64,000 nt of DNA from Vicugna vicugna (lineage: Eukaryota). The first letter of the stretch is position 1. The number at the start of each line of letters is the position of its first letter. The stretch covers positions 2,262,527-2,326,526 of the forward strand of contig MU057880.1 of assembly GCA_013265495.1 (NCBI GenBank). The letters are read 5' to 3'. Shown one piece after another: positions 39,031-51,439 of the stretch. The notes under the pieces were generated by a model. That model made no database searches, was not told the origin of the DNA, and saw nothing but the letters and a program-made list of their open reading frames with translations. The translations under genes and the position numbers were made by a program.

Positions 39031-39312
39031 ATTCTTTTTTTTATTGAAGTGTAATTTTAGTTTCAGGTGTACAACAAAGTATTTCAGTTATACATATATA
39101 TACATACATGTTTTTTCAGCTACTTCTCCATTACAGCTCATTACAAGAAATTGAATAAAGTTCCCTGAGCTCTACAGTAGGACCTTGCTGTTTATCTGTT
39201 TTATATACAGTAGTATGTGTCTGTTAAGCCCCAACTCCTCATCTGTCCCTCCCCGCCCTTCCCCCCCCCAACCAGGAACCACAGTTTGTTTTCTCTGTCC
39301 ATGAGTCTATTT
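39031..39312 (-). mobile_element. L1 3' end fragment
   Basis: ttattgaagtgtaattttagtttcaggtgtacaacaaag...tttgttttctctgtccatgagtct; flanked by attact(a/c)cacatttttat repeats (probable TSD). Confidence 0.85.
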
Positions 39313-40254
39313 ATATTACTCCACATTTTTATAATTCTGCTGAAAGACATTTTTCCCTATTCAGTTTCTAACTTTTTTTGCTGTCCTAAAGAAAAACTGT
39401 TGATACTTGTATATTGATCTGATATTTATCCACTTTACTAAATTCTACTTTTCGTTCCAGATGGTTTATTAACACCAAAACCTTGACATTGTCTTTGACA
39501 CCTGTTTTTGTTCACACCCACACGATCTCATATCAGATCTGCCTTCAGAATATTCACAATGTGGAACCACTGTTTACATTCACATCCCCACTGTCCTTCA
39601 AGCCACACCACCCACAGCTGGGTTACCCCCAAGCCCTTCCCACCTCAGTGCTTCCTCGACCACAGTCTGCTCTTAAGGGAATCTGCGATCAACTCAGGAT
39701 CATTTTTCTCTTCTGTTTCTGTTACATTTATTTTCTTTCCTCTCTTATTAAATTAGCTAGCGCCACCCCCCCAAATGCTGAAAATAGTGGTGAGGATGCC
39801 CAGTCCTGTCTTTGTTCTAATGAGAGTGACTTTGATTTTACCTAATGTAATACTTACACTTAGTGTCTGTTACATAATTTTACCATGACAGTTTTTAATG
39901 TGTCAATTTAACTGACAGTTTCTTACTTTTCAGTTTACTCAGTTTTTATCTAAGGAGTTGATTCTGTCATTTTTTTCAACATTTGTTAATATAAGAGCAT
40001 CTATTTTTTTCTCCCTTGAATACTCTAAAAGGTCATTCTTACATTAATCCTCAAGTTCGTGAACTAAATCCATACACTGTCAAGAAGTATTCTTTCTTTT
40101 AATCCACTGATTGATGATATTTGATTACATTTTATTTAGAAGTTTTGCATTTCCCTCAATTTCGGAGTGAAATTGGTCTTAATTTGTCATGTTTGATACT
40201 GCCATTTCGAAGAACTTGGATACAATACTTTTTTTTCTATTTACTAGAAATTTT

Positions 40255-40492
40255 TATTTTTATCTTTTCCAGCTTTCTTGAGACATTGTTGACATAGAAC
40301 ATTGTGTAAATTTAAGAAGTGCCACCCGCTGGCTTGCTACACTCACACACTGCAGTAGGATTCCCTCCGTGGTGTTAGCAGGCAGCTCCATCGCACCACA
40401 TACTTCTGTTCCTTTTTTGTGGTGAGAACATTTACGATCTGTTCTCTTAGCAATGTTCAAGCATATGATGCAGCTTTGTTACCTGTGCTCAC
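40255..40492 (-). mobile_element. Older L1MA/MB-type 3' end
   Basis: tgacatagaacattgtgtaaatttaag...ttttttgtggtgagaacatttacgatctgttctcttagcaatgttcaagcatat. Confidence 0.75.
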
Positions 40493-41504
40493 TTAAACTA
40501 GCTTTTTTATTATTGTAATTCACTGAGTGAATATTTGCCATTTTCAGTTTTTTCACAATTGCTTACATAAAGTTGAAATGATATGTTCCTATAAAATCAA
40601 ATAGAACTCCTCTGTAAACCCCGTGCCACTGCTTTTTATTGATAACTGTTTGACAGTCTTTTCAGTTTCTTCCACTTATTAGTCTATTCACTTTTTCTAC
40701 TTTTTTAGTCAACCGTTATCATTTATGTTTTCCTAGTAAGTCACCTATTTCTTTTAGCTTTTCAGATTTAATTGGCATAAAGTTACTGAAAACATGCTTA
40801 CAGATGTTGATACATTTTTACCTGTGATTATATCCGCATTCCCAATGTATCTAAATTCTGGGTTCCCTCCCCCTACCCACCCCTCTCCCCCCTCCCCCTT
40901 CCTCTTCTCTGAGAACCAGCTTTTGGTTTTATTTCTGAATTCTAATTTTATATTTGATTATATCTTTTATAGCTTTTGTCTTCACTTGTTTTCACCTTAT
41001 ACTCATGTTTTGTTTTAAAATTTTTTCTAGCTTTGTAGATGGAATTCATGGCTTATATATTTGCAGTATTTTTATTTAGTAATAAAATCATTTAAAGCTA
41101 TTCCTTCCTACCAGCGACAGCTCCACGACACACACGTACACCTTCCCATTTCTTGCAGGTAGAACTCTCATATTTTCCTGAGAACTATTCCATCGTATGC
41201 TGTCTTTTTCTGTCTCCCTTGCTAATTGGTTTGACTTGCACGTTTCCTATGTAGGTTTCAAATTCTCCATAAAGGATTTAGTGTGCCCCAAATTACATAG
41301 TGCTGAGTCAATTAAAATAAATATCTGTAAAACTTATATGTCCAAATTATCCAGTTGACTGATCAGCTTAATCTGAATGACCCTTAGTGTTTCTCCAGCC
41401 ACTGAACAAGTTTTGGCCAATCTGAACAAAGACACACAAATTCTACACAATTAGGCCTCTAAATAGAGCAAGTATAAGTATACAGAAATATTTTAAATAT
41501 CACA

Positions 41505-41710
41505 GGCAGTGTGGCTTCACTCTTGAGAGCATGGGCTCTGGCATTCAGCCCCCAGAACTGGAGCCCTGACTTCACACTTGGTTGCTGTGTGACCTTGGCT
41601 GGGCACGTAGCTTCTCTGTATTTTATAATCTGGAAAATGGGCACAATGATACTGTCGACATTTCATGATTTTTGTGAGGATTGAACGAATTAATGTATAA
41701 ACTGCAATGA
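41505..41710 (+). mobile_element. MIR SINE
   Basis: gagagcatgggctctgg..gctgtgtgaccttggctgggcac..ttctctg..atctggaaaatggg..ttttgtgaggattgaacga. Confidence 0.75.
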
Positions 41711-43679
41711 ATATGTGTAATTATTATTTTTAAACTTATTTTTCAATATGAGGCAAAGCATGGGTAACCATTTTGGTGTCCAGACAGGGGTGTAAACGTC
41801 TTCCTCCGCGTCTGAGTCGCATTCTGATAACTGAAGTGTAAAGCAGCCAGCATGGTCAGGTGGTTGTCCTCTCACTCATGTCATTACCATCCCAGCAAGC
41901 CCAGGCTCCAGGGGACACTAGGAGGGCGATGAGTCTCCTCAGCCCCACGTGTACCTGTTGGCAGAGTTTCACAGGACCATCAGCTTCCACAATTCATGCG
42001 GTGGATTTCATCGACAGGGTTTTAGTTAGTAAGAACCAGAAACCACCTGCTTGGCTGGGCTGGTTTACTCCTGTTGAAGGACAGGCTGGGTGTGGGACAA
42101 TTATGTTTACCAGTGAATTTCTTTCTTTGGTTCCTCTTATCTTCACAGTTTTTAAATTCCCACAGGAGAAGGAAGATTTAGTCTACAATCCCAGACTTGT
42201 TTGTTAAACATAAAAGAACATAAATCCTCCGCAGGCCCCGGGGCTATGCCGGAGACGGGGAGTGAGCACAAAGCACTCAGTGCTGTGTGCTCTGTATCAG
42301 GTTCGCCCTGAGAAAGTGACATCTGACTGGCCCGTAAAAGAGGTTTAGTAAATCCCTGAAATAGCTGATGTGGGCACCTGCGCACCTTGGAACTTGATAC
42401 CCAAGGGTGCCTCACAGGGACTGCTGTGTCTCCAGAAAGTCACCTGGGCGTGTGCAGAGTCCTGACTCTGCAGATGACTCTGATTCGTAATTTCACTTTT
42501 ACGGGTCAGGTGTCATTTGGTGTCCTCTCCTTTCGTTCCCTTGGCCAGAGCCCAGACCATCCTTCATCATTGTCCTCTCTCGTCGTCTTCTTGATGTTCT
42601 GAGCCAAGTCCTGGTCAATCAACCAGCCAGCGTGTTCAATGCTTCCCAGATTCAGTACATGGCATGCTCTCTGAAAAAAAGGAAAAGTTCAAATTATTGG
42701 GGAAGATGATTGGATTTAATGCATGAGTCTTTTTCCAACTAAGGCAAGTTGGAAGAAAACAGGGAATCCAGTGGCAATATTTTTGTTTGGTTTTGTTTTC
42801 TATTTTGGAGATTTGATAGCGACCATGAGGCATGGAACCCTTTCCAGGTACATCTTCACTGGTTCTGTCTTACACAACTTGACTGTGATTTAAGTAACAG
42901 AACACTGTTTTTTGTAATCATACCCTTTAGCAAGAGGACTTACTGTTTTGATTCATCAAATTAATGGTAAAATAATGGGATGAAATTTAGAATTACAGTG
43001 TCATGTGACACCACGTCTGAAAAAAAAATCTTAAAACACCTAATTTACAATGAAAGAATTAGTCACATAACTTTAAGTTCTGCTGTTTAAAGGCAAAAAA
43101 CATAGGACTTTTTTAGACGTTCATTTCACTTAACTCCATGGAATGTGAAACTATGTAGATCTTTAAAACACTTTGATAAATGAATGCACCAGGCTTGTGT
43201 GAGCATGTGAGAATTAATTACCAGCTATCTAACTGCAAATCCAGAAATTGTTGTAAAGATTAGGGTACTTTTTTTTTAATGGCATCAAATTCAGTGGAAA
43301 ATCTTCATGACAAAAAAAAAGTAATAATGTACTTGTCTTTCCTTTGTTTTCAGGATAGTGATTTTTGCATCAGGATAAAAGTTAAATAAGGCAAAGTATA
43401 AAACTTAGTTATTCCTTAATGCATTCTTAACATTTTTAATCCAGATATTCCTGAGAGTGCTTAAAAACTGCTTAACTTTTAAAGCGCTTACAGATCAGAT
43501 TAACGCATAATGGTGTTTCTTTTTCAACAGAGATGGAAGGGAAATTATAGATAGTAAAATAGTGACGTGAGTTGTTAGGAAAGATTGTAAATAGTTATTT
43601 GGAAAATGGGCTGGAGAGAATTTTGGATGTTCCATGTTCGCCCAGCCAGTTTATCGAAAGTGACTATTGTGAAGTCATG

Positions 43680-43975
43680 CCGAGGCCGGTGGGTCCTGCG
43701 TGGTTTCGCCGCCTTTGACGGCTCCTTGGCGTGGACAGCTCCGGCCGCTTCCGCCCCTCGGACGCCCTCCTTCCCTCCCCTCTCAGTGCCGTGCCCTTCC
43801 TCGCAGCGGTTTCCCTCCTGTTTCTGGGTGTTTCTGTCACAAGGCCTTTTCTCTCCACCCACAGCAGAGATACTGCTGTTTCCGGGTACTCCTCAGACAT
43901 GTTCTGATCCAAAGTCTCTGTTGCTCCCTCATCGAAACCGTCACACTGGGCCTCCTATGCACTCAGGTGCCTGTG
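43680..43975 (+). mobile_element. L2 LINE fragment, CpG-enriched
   Basis: Pyrimidine-rich pattern (..gcctttgac..ggtttccctcctg..actcctcag..tctctgttgctccctc..cactgggc..) resembles L2 ORF2. Confidence 0.45.
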
Positions 43976-44350
43976 TGGGCCAGGGATGGAATTAAATGAA
44001 GATCTGGGCATTAAAAACAAACAAAACAAACAACCCCCCCCCCAAAAAACCCCACCAACATGGAAAGGAGACCAGGATTTTTAAAAACCAGGAAGAGGAC
44101 GTCCCATCGAAAGGCCTTTCCCCTTGGCCCAGCCTCAGTTTCCGTGAAGAAGTGAGGACCGGCCACCCTGATCTGGTGCAGCAAACGCTCCACGTGCCGG
44201 GGTGAGGCAGAGAATTAAACAAAGACACTGCCTCCCCTGGGGCTGACGCCCAGCCCAGAGCCCCGAGCCCTCAGGGAGGCCCACTAGGCCTAATAACATT
44301 TAGCATTGCTGAGGATTCAAATTTGCTTTTAAAAAAAAGACTGAAATCCA

Positions 44351-44497
44351 AGGGATGAGGGTACAGCTCAACGGTAGAGAGCACGCTTAGCATGCCTGAG
44401 GTCCCGGGTTCCATCCTCAATACTTCCTCTAAAATCAGATAAATAAATAAACCTAACTACCACTACCCAAAATAATAAGATAAAAAGTGTTTAAAGA
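44351..44497 (+). mobile_element. tRNA-derived SINE (Vic-1-like)
   Basis: GGGTACAGCTCAACGGTAGAG..GCTTAGCATGCCTGAGGTCCCGGGTTCCATCC..AAATAAACCTAAC; flanking aaagactgaa..tcca repeats (TSD). Confidence 0.85.
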
Positions 44498-44639
44498 CAA
44501 AGACTGAATTTCCATTTTTTCTGTGAAATTCGACCTTCGCCAATGCTGACTTCAATGTTTTCAAGATGGGTAGAGCCCAATAGAACGGTGCTTACCTGTT
44601 TGGGACATCAGTCCACAAAACAGTACCACAGTACCTGGC

Positions 44640-45040
44640 TCTGACATCCCCAGGCCTTCTCGCCCGCACCTGTTTTTCCCTCCTGACCTCCATCCACCTC
44701 TTGGTTTCTCATCCTCTGTTCAGGATCACTCATGCCCAGCCTCTTGTGTCTTCTGTTGCACTGTAAGTGTTGTCTTTCCGGCTGGAATGTATTTCCATTT
44801 CCCCTGCCCAACCCCAGTCAGGCAGTCCTCAGTGACAGCCCCCGTGTCCCTCCATGAGCTGACCTGAGTCCCACCTTGTGGAATCACCCTCACCCGCCAG
44901 TGTCCCACACGGTTCCCTGCATCCTCGCATGTGAGCTCTCCCTGCAGTGTTTTAGGAACCCTGAGCCCATAGAGCTGTGGTTTCATCCTGAGACATATCA
45001 CACAGCACTTAATACCAAGGCAGTGCTTCCTGTGTCCTCA
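44640..45040 (+). mobile_element. L2 LINE 3' fragment
   Basis: ctttccggctggaatgtatttcc..tgtgagctctccctgcagtg..cacagcacttaatacc.. Confidence 0.5.
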
Positions 45041-45683
45041 TGGAATGATTGACCAGGTTGTCCTCCAGCTGGTCGTGGTGGTGGCCTGTATCCCACAGGT
45101 TACCTCCCAGCACAGAACAAATAGGTACTTTGACGGAAGCTTTGTTCCACGTGGAAACCATCGTGATCTAAAAATCACTCTTTGATATGAGATTCTATCT
45201 GTAACTCTTGTACCAGGTGCGTCTGAAATAACCACTCAGTCTGCTTCGCCCCTCCCCCCTCACCCCGCCCCCACCTCTGCCTGGGCCCCCCTCACACATC
45301 CAGCAGAACGCCCAGAATGGTTATACCGACTGGCGTGTGCTTTCGTCATTTGTGACCCGGACTTGTCACATGATGGAGCAGGAACACTCTCTTCCTTTTG
45401 TACCTGAGTTTTCTTATTTATTCCTTTCAACTCCCAAGGGTACATTAAAAGGTAGGTGTGGCTGGGGGCAGGGGATGCAGGGCAGAGATGAGGGACAGAC
45501 TTCACCGAGTGGCCACTGACAGGTGGTACCGCTGTCCCAGGTACCTTTCTTGAAACACCCCTGTACACTAGGTCGCATTAGCCTCAATTTAAGAAAGGAA
45601 AATGAGACTGAAACAGGCACTGTATGCCATGAGAGTGCTCTGGTTAATTCTTTAGGACATTGGTTTGTTATACACTGTGTCCT

Positions 45684-45846
45684 TTTCTTTTTTCTTTTTT
45701 TTTAATGGAAGTACCATCAGTTACAATGTGTCAATTTCTGGTGTATAACACAATGTCCCAGTCATGCACATACATACATATATTCCTTTTCATATTTTTT
45801 CCAGTAAAGGTTATTATAAGCTATTGCACATAGTTCCCTGTGCTAC
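45684..45846 (-). mobile_element. Short L1 3' end
   Basis: T-tail, then cagttacaatgtgtcaatttctggtgtata..catagttccctgtgcta; tgtccttt repeats at both flanks. Confidence 0.85.
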
Positions 45847-45956
45847 CTTGTCCTTTTTCAACAGTTTTTTTTTCTTCTGTAAATTCACAGCTGCCCAATA
45901 TGTATTACTTTTAGTTGTCCAGTATCTACTGAATTTAGACTTCTGAAGAAATCAAC

Positions 45957-46675
45957 CAGTGGTTTTCATCCGTGTCAGACCTCCCTTAAGAAAAGTTTTG
46001 CAATGTCCTCTGTAGTATTCTGAAATGCAGCTCATAACAGTGATCATCTATTTATATGTGCAGCTGTTTAAAAAACAAATATAATGGCTTAAATGCTATG
46101 GAAAGCTGAAATAATAACAGTAATTGATAGCAAAATAATGTATTTAAGTACATAAATACACATGCACAGTTACAAGTAAGATGTTTATGTCCCTTAAGTA
46201 GCAGACTCATTGTGAGTATGACAGCTGTAGAAATAGACTAATATGGAAATGTTTAATTGTTTTCATTTGATGCAAATAGCGTAAGCAGTGTTCCAGGAAG
46301 TCATGTGATTTTCCAAAATCATAACTCTTGGTAAGGTTCCCAAGTATAGAAACTTCCTTCTATTTATTTGACAGTTGAATTTCTAGAAAGATTGGCTTAA
46401 ACTAAACCCGCAAAACGTCTTTGTGTTTCTAGGTGAGACAGTATTAGGTTCCAGACTCCAGTGAAGAGCAGCCATGTCACTTACATGAATGTCCAGAGAG
46501 CTGTTGGAAAGGCCTGGAGGCCACGGGGCCAGACACCCGTTTTCGGGACTTGCTATTGTTGGATGTCTGTTGGCCTGGCCCTTCCATCCCCAGCCACTGG
46601 CACAACCCAAAATGCCTTGACATGTGTCTGAAACGTTCTCTTCAGGGGCAGCACTGCTCTCCATGAGTGCCACTG
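45957..46675. mobile_element. Degenerate hAT-Charlie DNA transposon (MER20B-like)
   Basis: Termini CAGTGGTTTTCA ... TGAGTGCCACTG form imperfect hAT-type inverted repeats; MER20-like motif cacaacccaaaatgccttgacatgtgtc; no clear 8-bp TSD. Confidence 0.5.
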
Positions 46676-47091
46676 CTGGAAACTTTCAAACCCAAGTTAA
46701 CACTTGCTAGCAAAATAGTGTCACTCAATCCTTGGGTTTAAGATACTGAGTGTAGCACGGTGTAAAACAGAAGAATGTAGGAACTGGCTCGTTTCTTCCA
46801 GGGCTTGGCAGCCTAGCAACCAAGTTGGACCACTTGCAGAGATGTGGTTAATATTAAAGATGTGTGTTTATCAAAAAAAGAAAGATGGCGGCGCCGGGCT
46901 GAGGGCACCCAGGAGGGTCTCACTCACAGAGTCTCTGCATAGGACAGAGGGAGACTTGGAGACTGTGTCTGTAACAGGTGGCCCTAGACAGGCTTGGAAC
47001 ACGGATGAGGAAGGTGAACCAGAGTCTGACCAGGTGCGGAAGGTACTGTCGGAGGTCATAGGCAGTGATAATGAGAATTAAGATTGGAGCA

Positions 47092-47355
47092 GGGGGCGGG
47101 CATAGCCCAGTGGTAAAGTGTGTGCTTAGCACACATGAGGTCCTGGGTTCCTTCCCCAGCAGCTCTGTGAAAAAAATAATATAGATAAACAAACCTAATT
47201 ACCTCCCCCCCACACACATACAAATGAAAAAGATGCTCAAGAATACGTTGTATAAACAAAATGGAAATATCAATAAAGAGATGGAACACATAAAAAGAAA
47301 CCAAAAAGAAATTCTGGGGCTGAAAAGCACAATAACTGAAATGAAAAAAAAAAGG
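47092..47355 (+). mobile_element. Composite insertion: Vic-1-like SINE fused to an L1 ORF1 fragment, ending in an A-run
   Basis: SINE head ~47092-47232; 47233-47353 translates MLKNTLYKQNGNINKEMEHIKRNQKEILGLKSTITEMKK (L1 ORF1p coiled-coil-like); TSD gattggagca at 47082-47091 and 47356-47365. Confidence 0.8.
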
Positions 47356-47576
47356 GATTGGAGCAAAACTGTCAAATCCATATGGAAAATAGAAAGCTCG
47401 TGGTTCTTTGCTTGTGAATGCATTTTCAGTGTGTCTCTTCTTTGGAGTCTCTGACTCTGAATTTGGGTGAACCCCCAGCCGCAGTCCCTAGATGGATCCA
47501 TGGCGCCGTCCGTGGACGTGGAACATGAATCGCTGAAATCGTGGCTTTATGTCTCTTTTGTCTTCGTCTCTTGCAG

Positions 47577-47757
47577 GTACGATTTTGTGGAAGTGGAGGA
47601 GCCAAGTGATGGGAGTGTATTAGGGCGCTGGTGCGGTTCTGGCAGTGTGCCTGGAAAACAGATTTCTAAAGGAAATCAAATCAGGATAAGATTTGTATCT
47701 GACGAGTATTTCCCTTCGGAACCAGGGTTCTGCATCCACTACAGCATCGTGGTGCCG
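47577..47757 (+). CDS. PDGFC: PDGFC coding exon (exon 3 equivalent), C-terminal half of CUB domain
   Basis: Translates (K)YDFVEVEEPSDGSVLGRWCGSGSVPGKQISKGNQIRIRFVSDEYFPSEPGFCIHYSIVVP. Acceptor tcttttgtcttcgtctcttgcag ends at 47576; donor CCG|gtaaga at 47758; 181 bp. The first G completes AA|G (Lys) from the upstream exon, so the frame is continuous. Confidence 0.97.
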
Positions 47758-50700
47758 GTAAGAGTCACTCAGAAATCCTGTTGATCCCGATCGGTTGTTT
47801 GGTTACTCCTCCCGCCCTTTAAACCAGAGAATTAGGAAAAACAAGAACCAAAAACCTTTCCCTCACTTCATGTATCTTTTTAGTAAATGTCGCTGTATAG
47901 TTATCACAAATGACTTCAATTTTGTCACGGTGGATCATTAGTCTCTGGATTGCCCTTAACGTCCATGGTCTTACGGGATGTTTTACCTTTTTCCCCCGTT
48001 AAGGTGGCATCATTCCTTTCTGTACCTACCAAAAGTTGGGTTTTTTTAGACGTGTTGTTTACAAATATGCATGTAACATGTTTCTTTTTATCTTTTTCTG
48101 GAGAAAGGTAAACTTACTCTTCATTTCAAATCAATGTTCTAGTAAAATACACTTTAAAAAGTAGTTATCTGTTTTCCGACTTATCTTAATATTTATCCTG
48201 TTTAAATAATAATTTATGGCCTTTGTGCCCCCAAAAGGCATCTTTTGAAATTTCTCACGGAAATTTAAGAAACCTGTCTATTTTCTCTAATTATAATTGT
48301 TACTGTATTTTTGGTTGTGTTGCAATTGCTTGTACCCTGTATTTTCTATATCATTTCAAACATTTGTGTCTATTTGTTGCACTAAAATACTGAAAACCTG
48401 TTTGCTGTTTTTTGTCACATTCTGCTGAAAATGGTCATTCAGAAGTACTTCTATAACTATGCTGTCATCTACTATACTTTTAAAATATGATCAGTATCGC
48501 TGTTTGAAACGATATAACATGGACACCTTTAATGATTTTGACAAGTTTAGCAAATCAGCAGACATGCCGGGAGCAGTAGCGTGGGTTACATGCGTTAATA
48601 CGAGTGTTCTAATTGGGCACGAAAACAATGCACACAGCAGGCTAGGGATTCATGAGACAAACAAGCAATATTTAACTCAACGCGTTATATTCTGTTGTAA
48701 TGTTATGCAGAAATCTCCCTTTTTGATTGCCCAAATTCAGTTCTGTGGAATGTTATTTAAGCAGCTGATTCAATTACGAAATTTAAATACTATTTGAGAT
48801 ACAGCTGAAAAGAAGCAACAGAGTGTAAACTGAAGTTTGAAAATGATTATTTATTTATTTAGTAACAGACTCATTTATGGGGGTACAACTGAAGTTAAAG
48901 GAGACATCTCTAAACTATATACAGTGAGTTTACATGGTGTATCTTGACCAGTTTCCTTATGTAGATTGTTTACCATATCTGTATCTATTCCATTATAAAA
49001 TACTTTTCCCAGGATAGATTCACTACCATTTCCTTTGTTCATTCCCAAAATTTTTCTTAATGTAACTTTTTTTATTTAAATGTAATAAAATTTGGTAATT
49101 TCATCTAGAAATGTGTTAATAGTAGAAAAGAATGAACTTATCTAAAACACTTTGCCACTGTGATTATTTCTTTGACTAAAGCCACTAAGAATCTGTTTAT
49201 CACACTTTCACGGTACCCTACTTCACAAAACTTATGAGTATAATATTTTTTTAAGTCTAAAATGGCCTTGGGAGCCATGGCTACCCTTTCACAGAGTTAT
49301 TCAGTCCCTATTTTCAGTTTGGGTTTTAGCACATCTAATGTTCTCAAATATTTAAATATGAAACAGTTCAATTTTACCATAAAACATAATGGTAGTTCTC
49401 GTATCACAGCAAAGGTTTTATTTATCCCAAACCTGCGACAAAAATAAACTTGGAACTGAGAAGATATTTGTATTTTAAATGAACTAGTGTCTTCATATTC
49501 TGTGAATAGCGATCTAGCGCCATACCATTGAATAAGACATGAAAACTGAAAGGTGTCTATGCCAACACTAGGGGTTGTCTTTTTCTGTTTTTACCATGTC
49601 GTGAGTTAGCTGGTTGTGTGACCCAAAGAGTTGTGTGGATGAAATGAAGTATGTAAATACAAAAACACAGCACACGTATAGCATGGCTCAGTTCTGGCCC
49701 CACTGTAGTTTCTCGATAAGTAGTTGAATGCGGACTTGATCTTAAAACACAGTCACCCCAGCTTAACTAACAGCAGATTCCCTGATGCTCGTATGTCCAT
49801 ATGTAAGTGTGTATCATGTTCGTGAACCTGGAGATGAAAAAAGAACCGTAATTCCATCCTCTAGACCGAGAAGGGCCCTGCCCCCAGAGATGCGCTGTGA
49901 CCAAGGCCGGAAACTGCACCTGAGGGGCTTTGTGGAAAAGGTATCCGTGGTCGCATCATCGGAGTCGGAGTCAGTGCATTTTCAGATAGTTATCGAAATA
50001 GTTTGCTACGTTGTCCCTGTGGAACTTGGTGGCCGGGGACTCACACTTTCCTGGCCTCTGCTGAGTAGCTCTCCGTGTCTCTGCTGGTACCTAAGCGGAC
50101 CCGGGCCGGGCTGCAGGACCCGGGGACCCGTGGGGAAACAGCACAGAGGACCTTGTTCTAGTTTTTTTTACACTTAGGAGACAGCAGCCCAGGCTGGAAG
50201 AAATCAGAGAACACGGCCGTGGGCTCCTGCCTTGCCTGATAAGTGTGACCTGGTGATGTTAATCTTGCCGGATCGCTTTCCGGAGCAACTGTCAATCTAT
50301 GACTTTTAGCTTTGAGTCTTACAGGTTTTGGTTTACTTTGATGGCATATCTGCTGTTTCCTGAGTTATCCTGTCTTGAGTCCACAGATCGACCTGTCCTC
50401 CCATTCAGGGCACACTCATTCTCCGCTATCTCCCCAAGATATGAGGAGCGAAAACTCGATGAGTGATTTTGCCTTTAAGCCTTGCAGAGTGTTTTGAACT
50501 CTGACTGTGTCTGGCTAAATGACACCCCTCCCTGCCTGCCTTGCCCCCTGACACTCGCCAGGAGGACAGCTTCCATCAGCCCTGTCCATCACTGAAAAAA
50601 GTTAAGGGAAGAAGGTCTGCCTTCTGCAGAGTAGACTGTAAAGTTCCATGGCATTTGCCCAGGGACACATGCCCCTCCCAGCCCCTGGTTCATCTCTAAT

Positions 50701-51270
50701 GCTTCCTTTTTCTCTTTGTTGCCAGAAATGAACCTGAGAATGAGCACACCCAGCCCCCCAGAGACAGCGGTCTCACTGATGGCAAACCCACTAGGGCAGA
50801 GTAGGACCCTAGGGGCCACTGGCCACATGGGGTCTTAAATTTGTAATGATAACATGGTATTAACCACACGTCCCGAGTGGACTGTTAACCTCCCTGAGCT
50901 GCTCAGCGGTACCTCCCAGAAACTCCGCCGTTGCCCCAGGGCTTTCTGAGCCTGTGTGGAGAGGCGCTGACTTATGATTTACCATGTGTCCCACAGCAGT
51001 AACGAGGCGCCAACCGGAAAACTGAAGAATCGGGGTAACGATGCCAGATAGGCTCCTGGTCCTGGAATATGAGGCTGTATTGCCAAGGACACATTCTTAT
51101 CCTCCTTAAAGAGCTGAACTGTGGTTTCTTTTCTTTTCTTTTCTTTTTTCTTTCCTTTTCTTCTTTGTTTCTTGATTGAGGGCTGGAACCCCTAAGGTAG
51201 TTAAAGAAATGAGTGCATACTTACGGCTTTGTAGGCATGCATGTGTATAATTGATGTGTACCTGCTTTTT

Positions 51271-51439
51271 TTGTTTGTTTTGGGGTTTTTGTTTGTTTCT
51301 TTGTTTTGGTTTTTTGGGGGTAGGGAAGCAGTTCTATTAATTAATTCATTCATTAATTAATGGAAGTACCAGGGATTGAACCCAGGACCTCATGCATGCT
51401 GAGCATCCACTTTACCACTGAGCTCTACCCTCCACCCCT
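51271..51439 (-). mobile_element. tRNA-derived SINE with 12-bp TSD
   Basis: gggattgaacccaggacctcatgcatgctgagcatccactttaccactgagctctaccctccacccc; TSD tacctgcttttt at 51259-51270 and 51440-51451. Confidence 0.9.

Noticed and set aside
47467..47576. In-frame ATG at 47500 as an alternative PDGFC start
   Set aside because: Weak -3 context, the hydrophobic stretch is the acceptor tract, and there is no promoter evidence.
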